Virus record (IMG/VR): IMGVR_UViG_3300046616_000314
Location: 248,001 to 312,000 of that record
Direction: 5' to 3' (one strand)
DNA length: 64,000 bases
Shown here: piece by piece, positions 9,292-19,231 of the stretch
Layout of the letters: each line of letters starts with the position of its first letter
Position numbering within the stretch: the first letter of the stretch is position 1
Made by a program: the position numbers and the translations under genes
Notes under the pieces: generated by a model
Database searches by the model: none
What the model was told of the DNA's origin: nothing
The model's input: only the letters and a program-made list of their open reading frames with translations

Positions 9292-10463
9292 TAGCCGTAC
9301 CGCTTGATGTTCAAGCCATTGTCGCGAGCCCATTGACGAAGGGCTTGTTCTTCATACGGACGCATCAGGCGATTCGCGTAGCCACGAATCTGAACGATGT
9401 TGCGATCCACATTGTTGATTTCCAGAGTCAACGCGCGCTCGTAATCGAGAGCCTTACCGGGCTTCACCATGACAGACCAAATGCTGGTCTTGCCGCTGAT
9501 GCATTGCGACTGATAGGAGTAGACGCAATGGTGCATCTTGCTCCCTTCTTCGGCGAGAGCCTTACTCGTCTTGATTTGAACGAAACGCCAGGAATTTTTC
9601 TTCCCGGTGATCTTGTCTTCAAGGTCTGGGATCATATCATCCGATACGTCCAGACCAATCCACGTCGCGTTACCCATGCGGCGCGCACGCGCCAAGGTGC
9701 GGTGCCAGATTTCCATACCGGTTTCTAGCGAAGACAGGGTACGCCCTTGGATGACCCATTCACGATTCTCTTGACGAGCCGTCGTGATGTAGTCGATCAA
9801 GTCATTCATTTTGTTGATCGGAACGGGATTGACGCAGAAGAAACGGCACACGTCGCGCCAGAATTCGGTCTTGTAATCCTTGCTGATCAGTTTGGACTTA
9901 TAGATGCGCGTAATAACGCCCACGTCGCTAGTGTGCGACTTAGCCAGGGCATACCAGATCGCTTCGTCAAAGGTCAGTTTCATCGAGCAATTCAAGAAGG
10001 CGTGCGTTTCCTTCTTGGTCATAAAGCCCTTGGTGCGTTCCTTATACAGCGAGCCACCCGAGGCGACGATCACGTACCACATGCGGCGTTCAGCCACCGG
10101 ATCAACGGTGTTCGGATTCGCCGCGACTTCTTCATACGAGCGATAGCGATTGTCTTTACGCAGATCGGAATACCACGTCGCTTGAAGATGGTAGGGCGCG
10201 CTGTACTTACCGAACAAGTGAGCGGCGTAAGCAAGACGCATCTTGCCTTCATCCTTGGTCTTCAGGGAATGGTTGAAGGTCGAAAGAGGGCGAACCACGT
10301 GGTTCGGAAAGTTGCGAGCAATCGCCTCACCGATAGCCTTCGGCGTGCGCGATTCTTCGGCGGGTTTGTGTTTTTGGGTTTTCAGAGAAGCGACATAGCG
10401 CGCATCAAATTCCGCGCGTTGTTCTTGTGCTTCGCGAAGTCTGCTACGAGCTTTCATATCCAA
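9288..10463 (-). CDS. PcfJ-domain protein
   Basis: C-terminal LAEEGSKMHHCVYSY...LTLEI...IVQIRGYANR, typical of PcfJ-like domains. Confidence 0.8.
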   Translation of the reverse strand: MDMKARSRLREAQEQRAEFDARYVASLKTQKHKPAEESRTPKAIGEAIARNFPNHVVRPLSTFNHSLKTKDEGKMRLAYAAHLFGKYSAPYHLQATWYSDLRKDNRYRSYEEVAANPNTVDPVAERRMWYVIVASGGSLYKERTKGFMTKKETHAFLNCSMKLTFDEAIWYALAKSHTSDVGVITRIYKSKLISKDYKTEFWRDVCRFFCVNPVPINKMNDLIDYITTARQENREWVIQGRTLSSLETGMEIWHRTLARARRMGNATWIGLDVSDDMIPDLEDKITGKKNSWRFVQIKTSKALAEEGSKMHHCVYSYQSQCISGKTSIWSVMVKPGKALDYERALTLEINNVDRNIVQIRGYANRLMRPYEEQALRQWARDNGLNIKRYGY

Positions 10464-10583
10464 ACCAATCTAACGAATAATACCTACTGTATATCAATAA
10501 TTTAGGAATGGCAAGTACAAATATATTGATTAATGCCCCGAAACTACGTTAAACTTTGATTATAAATTTTTGATTGAGTTTTC

Positions 10584-11417
10584 ATGTCCAACATTACTAT
10601 AGTTTCCGCTTTCTTCGATATTGGGCGAGGAAACTGGAAACAAAACGTTTCCAAGAACGGTGGACCGCTCCCACATTATCTAGAACGAAGCGCAGAAACC
10701 TATATCGAGCGTTTCTCGTTCCTCTGTCAACTGGAAAACGAAGTCATCGTTTACACCAGTCCAGAATACGCGCCCAAGCTTGAAAAGATCAAGACCGATC
10801 TCAATAAACAAAATATGACCGTGGTTCCGATTGACTTCCCTGGTCATTATTCTGATTTGCGCGCCAAGATCGAAAAAATCCAACAAGACCCGGAATTCCT
10901 TCCGAAGATCAATCCCCAACAAGTTCGGAACCCGGAATACTGGTCCCCGGATTATGTGTTGGTGACTTCACTCAAGGCGCATTTTGTTGCTGATGCTATT
11001 GATCGTGGCATGGTTACAAATGAAATGGTCGCATGGATCGACTTCGGTTATTGTCGCGATGGTGCAGCCCTGAACAAGACGAAGAAGTGGGATTACGATT
11101 TCAATCCCGACAAGATTCATTTCTTCAATTGTAAGCCGGTCGATCTAGACAATTCGAACGCCCAAATCGGTCATGCAGTCGTCAACAACGACGTGATCAT
11201 TTTCGGCGCCAAAGTGGTTGCCGCGAAGAAATTTTGGAAGCCTCTCGCCAACAACATGCATCAATGCCTAGATATCCTGATGGAATCGGGGCTGGTGGAT
11301 GATGACCAAGGTTTGTGGCTCATGAGCTATTTTTCAAATCCGGCTCTGTTTGAGCTACATGCCATCGACTACAACAACCCCTTTATCGTGTTCAACAAAT
11401 TTAACAAATATGAATAA
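10584..11417 (+). CDS. HtrL/YibB (WlaTC) family glycosyltransferase-like protein
   Basis: ITIVSAFFDIGRGNW...YIERFSFL; RNPEYWSPDYVLV; AWIDFGYCR; VDDDQ. Confidence 0.8.
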   Translation: MSNITIVSAFFDIGRGNWKQNVSKNGGPLPHYLERSAETYIERFSFLCQLENEVIVYTSPEYAPKLEKIKTDLNKQNMTVVPIDFPGHYSDLRAKIEKIQQDPEFLPKINPQQVRNPEYWSPDYVLVTSLKAHFVADAIDRGMVTNEMVAWIDFGYCRDGAALNKTKKWDYDFNPDKIHFFNCKPVDLDNSNAQIGHAVVNNDVIIFGAKVVAAKKFWKPLANNMHQCLDILMESGLVDDDQGLWLMSYFSNPALFELHAIDYNNPFIVFNKFNKYE

Positions 11418-12789
11418 GCTTATTATTTTCGACCTTGATGGCGTCCTTATTGAAAGTCGTGATCTCCATTACGAAACACTGAACGATGCCTTGCGTGAAG
11501 TTGCAGGGCAAGATTTTGTGATTTCCAGAGAAGAACATCTGAGTTTGTTTGATGGTCTAAACACCACGCGCAAGCTCGATATGCTCACTGAACGCAAGGG
11601 TCTGTCCAAGAAACTTCACAAGGCGATCTGGGAAGCCAAGCAACAGGCGACCTTCAAGTTCGTGAAGGCTTTCCCTCAAGATCAGAAAGCCATGAGTGTC
11701 TTCGCTGCGATCAAGGATCGTGGGTGGAAAATCGGCGTAGCGTCGAATAGCATTCGTGAAACCCTGAAGCTTTCGCTCATGGCGATTGGTGTTCTAGAAT
11801 TCGTTGACCTGTTTGTCAGCAACGAAGACGTGAAGCGCACAAAGCCTTATCCCGAAATGTATTGGAAGTGCATGACCGAATTGAATGCCCTTCCTAAGAA
11901 CACAATCATCGTTGAGGACTCGCATATTGGTCGCCAAGGTGCCGTAGATTCCGGGGCTCATCTGCTAGCAGTTGAGAACGTTTCAGATTGGGACCACGAC
12001 AGAATTTTTGAAGAGATTAATAAAATGGAAAACAAAGAACACAAGTCCGTGCCGTGGCGCGATAAGAAGCTGAACGTTCTGATCCCGATGGCGGGTGCAG
12101 GTAGCCGCTTCGCACAAGCTGGCTACACCTTCCCCAAGCCTCTGATCGAAGTTCGCGGCAAGCCGATGATCGAAGTCGTTGTTCGCAACCTCAACATCGA
12201 AGCCAACTACATTTTCGTGTGCCAAAAAGAACACTACGAAAAGTACGACCTAGAGCATGTCCTGAACAACATCGCCCCTGGCTGTAAGATCGTGTTAACC
12301 GAAGGTATGACAGAAGGTGCCGCTTGTACGGCTCTGTTGGCTAAGGAACATATCGATAGCGAAGCTCCGCTGTTCTTCGCCAACTCCGATCAGTTCGTTG
12401 AGTGGAACGCCAACGAATGCATGTATGCTTTCAAGGCTGATGGTGTTGACGGTGGTATCATGACTTTCACGGCATCGCACCCGAAATGGTCGTATGCCAA
12501 GTTGGGCGAAGATGGTTTCGTGTCGGAAGTCGCTGAAAAGAAAGTGATTTCGGATCAAGCCACCGTTGGCTTCTACTATTGGAAGCACGGCGCGGATTTC
12601 GTCAAGTATGCCGAACAGATGATCGAAAAAGACATTCGCGTAAACGGTGAATTCTACGTCGCGCCCGTTTTCAATGAAGCCATTGGCGATGGTAAGAAGA
12701 TTCGCGTGAAGACTATTGATTCCATGGCGGGGATCGGCACGCCGGAAGATTTGAACGCTTTCTTGCAAAATTACAAGGGCGAAGTCTAA
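11410..12789 (+). CDS. HAD-family phosphatase fused to a nucleotidyltransferase (NTP_transf) domain
   Basis: N-terminal IFDLDGVL, KPYPE, EDS HAD motifs; C-terminal LIPMAGAGSRF...FPKPLI and NGEFY(V)AP. Confidence 0.9.
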   Translation: MNKLIIFDLDGVLIESRDLHYETLNDALREVAGQDFVISREEHLSLFDGLNTTRKLDMLTERKGLSKKLHKAIWEAKQQATFKFVKAFPQDQKAMSVFAAIKDRGWKIGVASNSIRETLKLSLMAIGVLEFVDLFVSNEDVKRTKPYPEMYWKCMTELNALPKNTIIVEDSHIGRQGAVDSGAHLLAVENVSDWDHDRIFEEINKMENKEHKSVPWRDKKLNVLIPMAGAGSRFAQAGYTFPKPLIEVRGKPMIEVVVRNLNIEANYIFVCQKEHYEKYDLEHVLNNIAPGCKIVLTEGMTEGAACTALLAKEHIDSEAPLFFANSDQFVEWNANECMYAFKADGVDGGIMTFTASHPKWSYAKLGEDGFVSEVAEKKVISDQATVGFYYWKHGADFVKYAEQMIEKDIRVNGEFYVAPVFNEAIGDGKKIRVKTIDSMAGIGTPEDLNAFLQNYKGEV

Positions 12790-13118
12790 TGTTGGATCGG
12801 TATTGGGTCATCAAACATGCGCTCAATACCGAGTCCTACAGATTTGGTGAAATTCGCGAAGACATTGAAGCTATGAAGGAAAAGGCGATTCGTCTTAGTC
12901 CTGAAGGCGTCACGTTCTACGATTTCTATGTGAATTTCGGACCAGATAAAGTTGAGCGTATGGTCGTTTGGTATACGCTCAACGAAAACGCTGCGATTAG
13001 TTTTTCACTCTATGTCGGCGGCGAAGTATCGGAGTATCTGATTGATGATGACGTTCCCGAGAAATATCGCGAGAGTTTGATACCAGCATTTATTTTTGAA
13101 GTATTGCACAATGACTGA
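12789..13118 (+). CDS. Hypothetical protein (paralogue of 13111-13449)
   Basis: Shared YWxI, AMxEKA, WYT and GGxx motifs. Confidence 0.7.
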   Translation: MLDRYWVIKHALNTESYRFGEIREDIEAMKEKAIRLSPEGVTFYDFYVNFGPDKVERMVVWYTLNENAAISFSLYVGGEVSEYLIDDDVPEKYRESLIPAFIFEVLHND

Positions 13119-13449
13119 ACTGAAAGAATATTGGATTATTCGAAAAGAGATTAAAAAAGAGCGTGGCATACTAACGGATGATATGCTGACGGCAATGGAA
13201 GAAAAAGCTTACGAACGTTTTGGGGCTCCTATTATTCGTTCGTGGATGCAAGACTACATTGGTGAATCTCAAGAATATAGATATTGGTACACATTCGTTG
13301 AGGAACATGGTGTTGCTTTTATATTGCAAAATGGTGGCGATATAGCACATAATGTAATTCCTGAAGATATACTTCCCGAAGATAGAATGTACTATCCAGA
13401 GAAAGTAATGCGCCAAATAACAAGTAAACATTGGAATAAAAACAAATGA
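13111..13449 (+). CDS. Hypothetical protein (paralogue of 12789-13118)
   Basis: Same motifs; AT-rich. Confidence 0.7.
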   Translation: MTELKEYWIIRKEIKKERGILTDDMLTAMEEKAYERFGAPIIRSWMQDYIGESQEYRYWYTFVEEHGVAFILQNGGDIAHNVIPEDILPEDRMYYPEKVMRQITSKHWNKNK

Positions 13450-13748
13450 ATTTTCGTCCCCTAGCTGACCGTATTGTGGTCCGTCGTGTAGAAGAAATGG
13501 CTCAAACCAAGGGTGGTATTTTCATCCCTGAAGTCGCCAAGGAAAAGCCCCAAGAAGGCGAAATTCTGGCTGTTGGTGCTGGTGCCTATGAGAATGGCAA
13601 TCTGGTCCCGATGACGTTGAATGTCGGTGACAAGGTTCTGTTCGGTAAGTGGGCAGGTACCGAGATCACCGTTGACGGTGAGAAGGTCATGATTATGCAG
13701 GAAAAGGATGTCCTGGGTATCATCACTAAGCCGGTGGAAGCCGTCTAA
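13446..13748 (+). CDS. groES: Co-chaperonin GroES
   Basis: [12 protein letters not shown]...[24 protein letters not shown]...[15 protein letters not shown]. Confidence 0.97.
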   Translation: MNFRPLADRIVVRRVEEMAQTKGGIFIPEVAKEKPQEGEILAVGAGAYENGNLVPMTLNVGDKVLFGKWAGTEITVDGEKVMIMQEKDVLGIITKPVEAV

Positions 13749-13749
13749 A

Positions 13750-13953
13750 ATGAATCCGAATCTCCGCTTTTGCCGAGAGAATTTTGAATGGACTTACCTT
13801 CATGAAGGGGAACACCTTTCATTGAAGGAAGCCATTCAACTTGGTCTCTATGAACCGGGTCCGCCAAATCCCGCGCCTCAACGTGGTGGACCCGCGATTG
13901 TTCGTTCGTATCATGAATGCCCAACATGCGGGCATCGCACATTTGGTGATTAA
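13750..13953 (+). CDS. Small hypothetical protein with CxxC
   Basis: MNPNLRFC...ECPTCGHRTF. Confidence 0.6.
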   Translation: MNPNLRFCRENFEWTYLHEGEHLSLKEAIQLGLYEPGPPNPAPQRGGPAIVRSYHECPTCGHRTFGD

Positions 13954-14198
13954 TGACATACGTGATGACATTAAATAATGGCGACCAAATTGAGGTTGAC
14001 AAGAGAGATTCGGAACCCGTTGGTCTTTGGGTAACGTTAGTCAAGGGTCATCGTGATATGGAAGCCATTTCTGCCGCCATGCAGAGATATATTGATACAC
14101 AAGAAATTCTTCACCTTCAAGTTCAACTTGGTGGCATTACTAGAACCATTTCTCAATGCAAATATTACCCCAAGAGTCAAGTATATCTATATAAATGA
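13953..14198 (+). CDS. Hypothetical protein
   Basis: Translationally coupled ORF. Confidence 0.65.
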   Translation: MTYVMTLNNGDQIEVDKRDSEPVGLWVTLVKGHRDMEAISAAMQRYIDTQEILHLQVQLGGITRTISQCKYYPKSQVYLYK

Positions 14199-14983
14199 AG
14201 ACAGCCGTTATTATTACTGGGTTTCTGCGTAGAAACCAACCTGCCGACAAAGCATTCAAACAATTTGCTGAACTACCGAATACAGATTTCTACTTAACAT
14301 GCTGGGACCTTATGTCTACTCGTGCCCCTGGTGGGTTGTCGATGGACATTGACGAAATTGTCACCGAACAGCACGTCCGCGATAGATACCCAGTCAACAT
14401 CAAGGATATCAATATTGTATCCTATGATGACTACCTCAATAATCGTCCCTTCGTCCCAGTTTTCCAAAACCGACCAATGGACATTCTACGGGATGCTCCG
14501 CGTGCGCGAGCACACTATGATGGTGGGTACGCTCAACGAATTCCAGATATGTTCTATCTGAACCAACTGGCTGCGGATCGTGTGCCGATGGATGAATACG
14601 ACCGGATCATCAAGCTTCGACATGATATGTCATTTACTGGACCCATCCCGATTGATGCCATGGGTGACGTTCTCAATATTGATGATCACCAGCAAGTAAA
14701 CAGCATCAACTCTAACAGTAGCTACCATGGTGCTAAATCTGTAAACCTAACGCATACTGACCTTGCGCCCTATGGTTTGAGCTATCAATTGGCTTGGGGT
14801 AAACCTGCCGTTATGAAACCATACATGCGAACTTTCGATAGTATTCGCAAGATGTATGAAGAAGATAACGTTGATATCTCGGCATATGAACACACCATGT
14901 CATACTATATTCAGCGTGTGGCTAAATTACCTTATAAAGCTCATTACGTTCAACATCATTATAGTTTCATAAGGCAATCATGA
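14195..14983 (+). CDS. Putative glycosyltransferase-like protein
   Basis: MKTAVIITGFLR...YDRIIKLRHD; same architecture as 14980-15693. Confidence 0.6.
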   Translation: MKTAVIITGFLRRNQPADKAFKQFAELPNTDFYLTCWDLMSTRAPGGLSMDIDEIVTEQHVRDRYPVNIKDINIVSYDDYLNNRPFVPVFQNRPMDILRDAPRARAHYDGGYAQRIPDMFYLNQLAADRVPMDEYDRIIKLRHDMSFTGPIPIDAMGDVLNIDDHQQVNSINSNSSYHGAKSVNLTHTDLAPYGLSYQLAWGKPAVMKPYMRTFDSIRKMYEEDNVDISAYEHTMSYYIQRVAKLPYKAHYVQHHYSFIRQS

Positions 14984-15693
14984 AAACTGCAATTGTACTC
15001 ACGGGGCACATGCGCTGCTGGCAACAAGTGTTCCCAAATTTCAAAGAACGGATTATCGACCGTTACAAGAACCCTGACATCTTCATCCATACGTGGAAAG
15101 ATGAGGCATGGTGGGCTCCCCAAGAGGGCGCAAAGGGTTTCGTTGAAGGAACCCCTAACATCGATATCCAGGGTGTCAAAGCCCACTACAACCCGGTTGA
15201 AATGGTTGTCGAAGACTTCGATGAGTATCTACCAATCTTTGAATCCAGAACCGGTGATTTCCCGAATTTCTACCACCGTCCTAAGAACATCATGTCCATG
15301 TTCTACAAGATCGGTGCTGGCTTAAATCTTCTGGAAAATCATGTACTTAAGACTGGGACCGAATATGATCTAGTAATTCGTATGCGTCCCGACATGATCC
15401 TGCATGATTACTTGCCTGCGTTCGACTTGAACAAGTTCTATACGCTGGCTCATCGTAATCACATGGGCGGCGGCACGGGTGATATGTTCCAGATTGGTAG
15501 CCTTGAGAACGTATCCAAGTTCTCTCGCATTGGTCTAGAGCTTGGTTCTCTCTATCGGGACACCGACTTGCTTTGCCCGCACGTGTTGTCGCAGCATTAC
15601 ATATCTAAGTACCAAATGCCGTGGCAAGAATTCATGGTCAACAAGACCCTTCAACATACGCCAGCGGGGCAATACCAAGCGGTGCGCGTATGA
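14980..15693 (+). CDS. Putative glycosyltransferase-like protein (capsule-locus type)
   Basis: MKTAIVLTGHMR...DIFIHTW...YDLVIRMRPD...GDMFQIG. Confidence 0.65.
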   Translation: MKTAIVLTGHMRCWQQVFPNFKERIIDRYKNPDIFIHTWKDEAWWAPQEGAKGFVEGTPNIDIQGVKAHYNPVEMVVEDFDEYLPIFESRTGDFPNFYHRPKNIMSMFYKIGAGLNLLENHVLKTGTEYDLVIRMRPDMILHDYLPAFDLNKFYTLAHRNHMGGGTGDMFQIGSLENVSKFSRIGLELGSLYRDTDLLCPHVLSQHYISKYQMPWQEFMVNKTLQHTPAGQYQAVRV

Positions 15694-16151
15694 AATTCAT
15701 TGCTCACCGAGGATTGACCGAAGGTCCGAGTGAGACTTTGGAAAATAACGTGTTGCAGATCAATCGAGCAATAGCCGATGGCTTCGATTGTGAAATTGAT
15801 CTGCGATACGATGGTGTTGATTTTTGGCTAGGTCACGACGAAGCTACGTATAAGATTGATTATGCGTGGTTGATTGAGCGGTCCAAATATCTCTGGGTTC
15901 ATTGTAAGAATTATGAAGCTTTGCTAGAGTTGAAGCGACGTAATTCTAATCTGAATTATTTCTGGCATCAAGAAGACGACTATACCATCACCAGTCACGG
16001 GCGCATCTGGGTTTACCCTGGTAAGGTAGTTTCCAAGGAAGCTGTTTGCGTCATGCCCGAATGGGATGACGATTGGCGACATCAATGCCCCTTCACCGGA
16101 TACGGTGTTTGTAGCGATTATATTCGCGAAATCCGAGAACGTTCTATTTGA
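15690..16151 (+). CDS. Glycerophosphodiester phosphodiesterase-like protein
   Basis: MKFIAHRG...EN...GFDCEIDL...LGHD...WVHCKN...GVCSDY. Confidence 0.85.
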   Translation: MKFIAHRGLTEGPSETLENNVLQINRAIADGFDCEIDLRYDGVDFWLGHDEATYKIDYAWLIERSKYLWVHCKNYEALLELKRRNSNLNYFWHQEDDYTITSHGRIWVYPGKVVSKEAVCVMPEWDDDWRHQCPFTGYGVCSDYIREIRERSI

Positions 16152-16203
16152 ATTTCTTCCTAAACCATTGTACAATGCGTACTTGGTTTAGGAAGAAATT
16201 ACT

Positions 16204-17469
16204 ATGAGTGACCTGTCGGAAAATGATCACCGTCGTATTGGGCGTGATCTGAAGTTGTTCCACGTTCAAGAAGAAGCCGCCGGAAGCGTTTTCTGGCACG
16301 CGAACGGCTGGACACTTTTCCGAACTATCGAAAATTATATTCGCGCCAAGCTGGACGCCCGTGGCTATTTCGAAGTCCGCACTCCGCAGTTGTTCACCCG
16401 TAAGCTGTTCCAGCAATCGGGGCACTGGGACAATTATTCGGACAAGATGTTCTGCACGGGCGATCTTCATAGCTCGTATGAAGACCTGTATCCAGAAATG
16501 GCAGACGAACAGTATTCGTACGGCGTCAGTGATGCAACTCATGCCATCAAGCCGATGAATTGCCCGGCGCACGTTCAGATTTTCAACGCCGACAATGTGA
16601 GCCATAAACAGCTTCCGATGCGGATGGCTGAATTTGGATGCTGTCACCGTAACGAGCCTTCGGGCTCGCTGCATGGCATCATGCGCGTTCGTCAGTTCAC
16701 TCAGGATGACGCCCACATTTTCTGTACCGAGGATCAGATCAAGAGCGAAACCGCTGCGTTCTGTCGCTTGCTCCTGGGCGTCTACGAGGACTTCGGGTTC
16801 ACTGATGTCAAGATTGGCTTCTCAACTCGTCCCGAAGTTCGGGCGGGTGACGATGCCACTTGGGATCGTGCCGAAGCTGCGTTGGCTGAAGCCGTCGAGT
16901 TTTGCGGTCTGGAATACGAAGTGTATCCCGGCGAGGGCGCCTTCTATGGTCCGAAGCTGGAATTCGCTTTGAAGGACAGCAAGGGTCGTGAATGGCAATG
17001 CGGAACCCTTCAGTTGGATTTCGTTCTGCCGGAATCGCTGAATGCTCGATATATGGGCGAGGATGGCACTCATCACCGCCCGGTCATGCTGCACCGTGCG
17101 ATCCTGGGTTCGTTTGAGCGTTTCATCGGGATTTTGCTTGAACACTATGACGGTGTTCTGCCTAAGTGGCTGGCTCCGGTTCAAGTTGCCGTGGTCGCCA
17201 TCCGTCAGGATTCGGTGGGCTATGCGAAGGAAGTTGCGGAGAAATTTAAGTCGTTGGGTCTTCGGGTTGAACTGGATATCCGTGACGAAAATGTCTCGCA
17301 AAAAATCAAAGAGCATAGTAACATGGCTGTTCCATATATCGTGGCGGTTGGTCCTCGTGACGAAGCGGCACGAAACGTTTCTGTGAGAGAATTTGGTTCT
17401 CCGCAACAACGTGTGGTTAGTTTAGATCAAGGAATGTTTGAAATCGGAAGTGCCTGTAAAACAAAATAA
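16204..17469 (+). CDS. thrS: Threonyl-tRNA synthetase, catalytic and anticodon domains only
   Basis: DHRRIGRDLKLF, KPMNCPAH, HRNEPSG, RVRQFTQDDAHIF, GEGAFYGPKLEF, WQCGTLQLDF, MLHRAILGSFERF; no N-terminal TGS/editing domains. Confidence 0.97.
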   Translation: MSDLSENDHRRIGRDLKLFHVQEEAAGSVFWHANGWTLFRTIENYIRAKLDARGYFEVRTPQLFTRKLFQQSGHWDNYSDKMFCTGDLHSSYEDLYPEMADEQYSYGVSDATHAIKPMNCPAHVQIFNADNVSHKQLPMRMAEFGCCHRNEPSGSLHGIMRVRQFTQDDAHIFCTEDQIKSETAAFCRLLLGVYEDFGFTDVKIGFSTRPEVRAGDDATWDRAEAALAEAVEFCGLEYEVYPGEGAFYGPKLEFALKDSKGREWQCGTLQLDFVLPESLNARYMGEDGTHHRPVMLHRAILGSFERFIGILLEHYDGVLPKWLAPVQVAVVAIRQDSVGYAKEVAEKFKSLGLRVELDIRDENVSQKIKEHSNMAVPYIVAVGPRDEAARNVSVREFGSPQQRVVSLDQGMFEIGSACKTK

Positions 17470-17479
17470 GTGAGGTATC

Positions 17480-17752
17480 ATGAGTGCGCCTAACCGTCGA
17501 AACGGGAAGACCAACGAAGCCTGGGATAAAATGTGTACCAGTAAGACCCGATACTCTGAAGAGTTTTCGGCTCGTGCTGGCGCCTTTCATCTTTTCGAAG
17601 TGGGCGAAAAGCACCGTGATGCTGAAATGTATGTTTATCAGTGTCCAAACTGTCGTGGATGGCACATGACAGGAAAACGAAATCACCTTCCTGCAATCAC
17701 GTTCTTCGGAATGTGGGGCGAAACTGAAGAGACCGTGAAAACCACGGCATAG
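17480..17752 (+). CDS. Hypothetical protein with CPxC..WH motif
   Basis: YVYQCPNCRGWHMT; GAGG RBS. Confidence 0.7.
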   Translation: MSAPNRRNGKTNEAWDKMCTSKTRYSEEFSARAGAFHLFEVGEKHRDAEMYVYQCPNCRGWHMTGKRNHLPAITFFGMWGETEETVKTTA

Positions 17753-17762
17753 GGGTAATAAA

Positions 17763-18227
17763 ATGTCTGTTCTGGAAACAATTAAGGCTGATCAACTCAA
17801 GGCGCGTCTGGCTAAGGACAAGGAAGCAACCTCGTTGCTGACGACTCTGATCGGCGAAGCGTCGAAAATTTCTGAAGAAGATTTCAAGGCTGGTGTGACC
17901 GAAGTGTCGGACAAGCAAGTTCTCGCGGTCATCACGAAGTTCCTCAAGAACGTGACGCAACTGCGCGAATTGCAAGAAGCCGAACTGGTGAAGAAGCCGG
18001 GCGACGAGAAGTTGCAAATTGCCATCGTGACTGCGATGCGCGAGCAAAATATCCTGTCCGGTTATCTGCCGACGAAGCTGACTCGTGAAGCTCTGACGGA
18101 AATCATCGCCCGTTTCAAGTCGGAAACTCCCGAGGCGAACATGGGTCAGATCATGACGTTCCTGAAGACGAACTACGAAGACCAATACGAAGGCAAGATC
18201 GCTAGCGAAGTTGCCCGCTCCGTATGA
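17763..18227 (+). CDS. GatB/YqeY domain protein
   Basis: LETIKADQLKARLAKDK...EQNILSGYLPTKLT...MGQIM. Confidence 0.85.
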   Translation: MSVLETIKADQLKARLAKDKEATSLLTTLIGEASKISEEDFKAGVTEVSDKQVLAVITKFLKNVTQLRELQEAELVKKPGDEKLQIAIVTAMREQNILSGYLPTKLTREALTEIIARFKSETPEANMGQIMTFLKTNYEDQYEGKIASEVARSV

Positions 18228-18430
18228 TGGCTACACGTCTAATCTTGGTTATGTTTGCGGCGAGTCTGGTGATGTTTGTCACCGGACTCGTTCTGCAAAT
18301 TTTTTGGAACAACGACATTCCACGTCTACTAGCTCTCGCGGGAGCCTGTGGATGGTGGATGTCAGCTAGTGCGGCTGAGAGTTTGCATCACTTACGTAGT
18401 GATGATACAGACGATAAAACCGCCGATTGA
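18224..18430 (+). CDS. Small membrane protein
   Basis: Two hydrophobic helices. Confidence 0.6.
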   Translation: MMATRLILVMFAASLVMFVTGLVLQIFWNNDIPRLLALAGACGWWMSASAAESLHHLRSDDTDDKTAD

Positions 18431-19124
18431 GTTTCTTCGTATATTCGTCGTTTAATGCCAGGAAGAAATTCTTCGGCATTTCCGGCATGAAACGTCTGGC
18501 AAAATTCCCAAAGCTTTTCAAGACTTCGGTCTTATATTCATCTTTCATGCGTGCCATAGCCGCATCAATATGAGCCACGCCTTGTTGATAGTGGGCGTTG
18601 AATTCCACCGGATTGTTGTAGTATTCTTCGGCTGTCTGACCCTTGTAGGTCTTCCCATCGGCGCCTTTGGCTGAACGTTGCTTGGCAACAGCTTCCAAGC
18701 CACGACGATAGTCGAAGAAGTGAATAATTTCGTGGATCATGGATGACCATGAAATTGAGTACGCAACGTCTACTTCATGCGAGGGGTCGTAATCGACCAT
18801 TCCAAGCACATAATATGTCGAATCTAGAAGTTGCGGATGCTTCGACATCATCAAGCCCTTGGTGCCTGGGCGTTTGGGATCATAACCAAAACCGATGTTG
18901 AGTTTCTTGAACGACGGCGAGCGCAATCCTAATACGGCGGCTGGGACCGTAAACGTGCTCACACCCTGAATGTATTCCAGATTGATTTCTGGAATTTCCC
19001 CTAGTGGAGTATCTTCGTTGTTTTCGTGAATCCACTTCGCAAACGCAGCCTCAACATGCTTAGCTTGCTTGATCGCGATCAAATCTTGCGCGGGACCTTC
19101 GGTAAGGAAATCAGATATCTTCAT
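18366..19124 (-). CDS. Putative zincin metallopeptidase (HEXXH), probable head-packaged protein
   Basis: MIHEIIHFFD and downstream YYNNPVEFNAH; N-terminus MKISDFLTE. Confidence 0.7.
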   Translation of the reverse strand: MKISDFLTEGPAQDLIAIKQAKHVEAAFAKWIHENNEDTPLGEIPEINLEYIQGVSTFTVPAAVLGLRSPSFKKLNIGFGYDPKRPGTKGLMMSKHPQLLDSTYYVLGMVDYDPSHEVDVAYSISWSSMIHEIIHFFDYRRGLEAVAKQRSAKGADGKTYKGQTAEEYYNNPVEFNAHYQQGVAHIDAAMARMKDEYKTEVLKSFGNFARRFMPEMPKNFFLALNDEYTKKLNRRFYRLYHHYVSDANSQPH

Positions 19125-19230
19125 AGATGGTCAGCACGCTATTCAAATAGGTCTTGGCTTGTTTTAGGAGTAGCATCCATAAGCCAAAGATACCTGCCGC
19201 GATACCAACACCAAGAAGAATTTGTAACAT
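19111..19230 (-). CDS. 39 aa membrane peptide
   Basis: Manual: MLQILLGVGIAAGIFGLWMLLLKQAKTYLNSVLTIYEDI; fills the gap between neighbours. Confidence 0.55.
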   Translation of the reverse strand: MLQILLGVGIAAGIFGLWMLLLKQAKTYLNSVLTIYEDI

Positions 19231-19231
19231 A

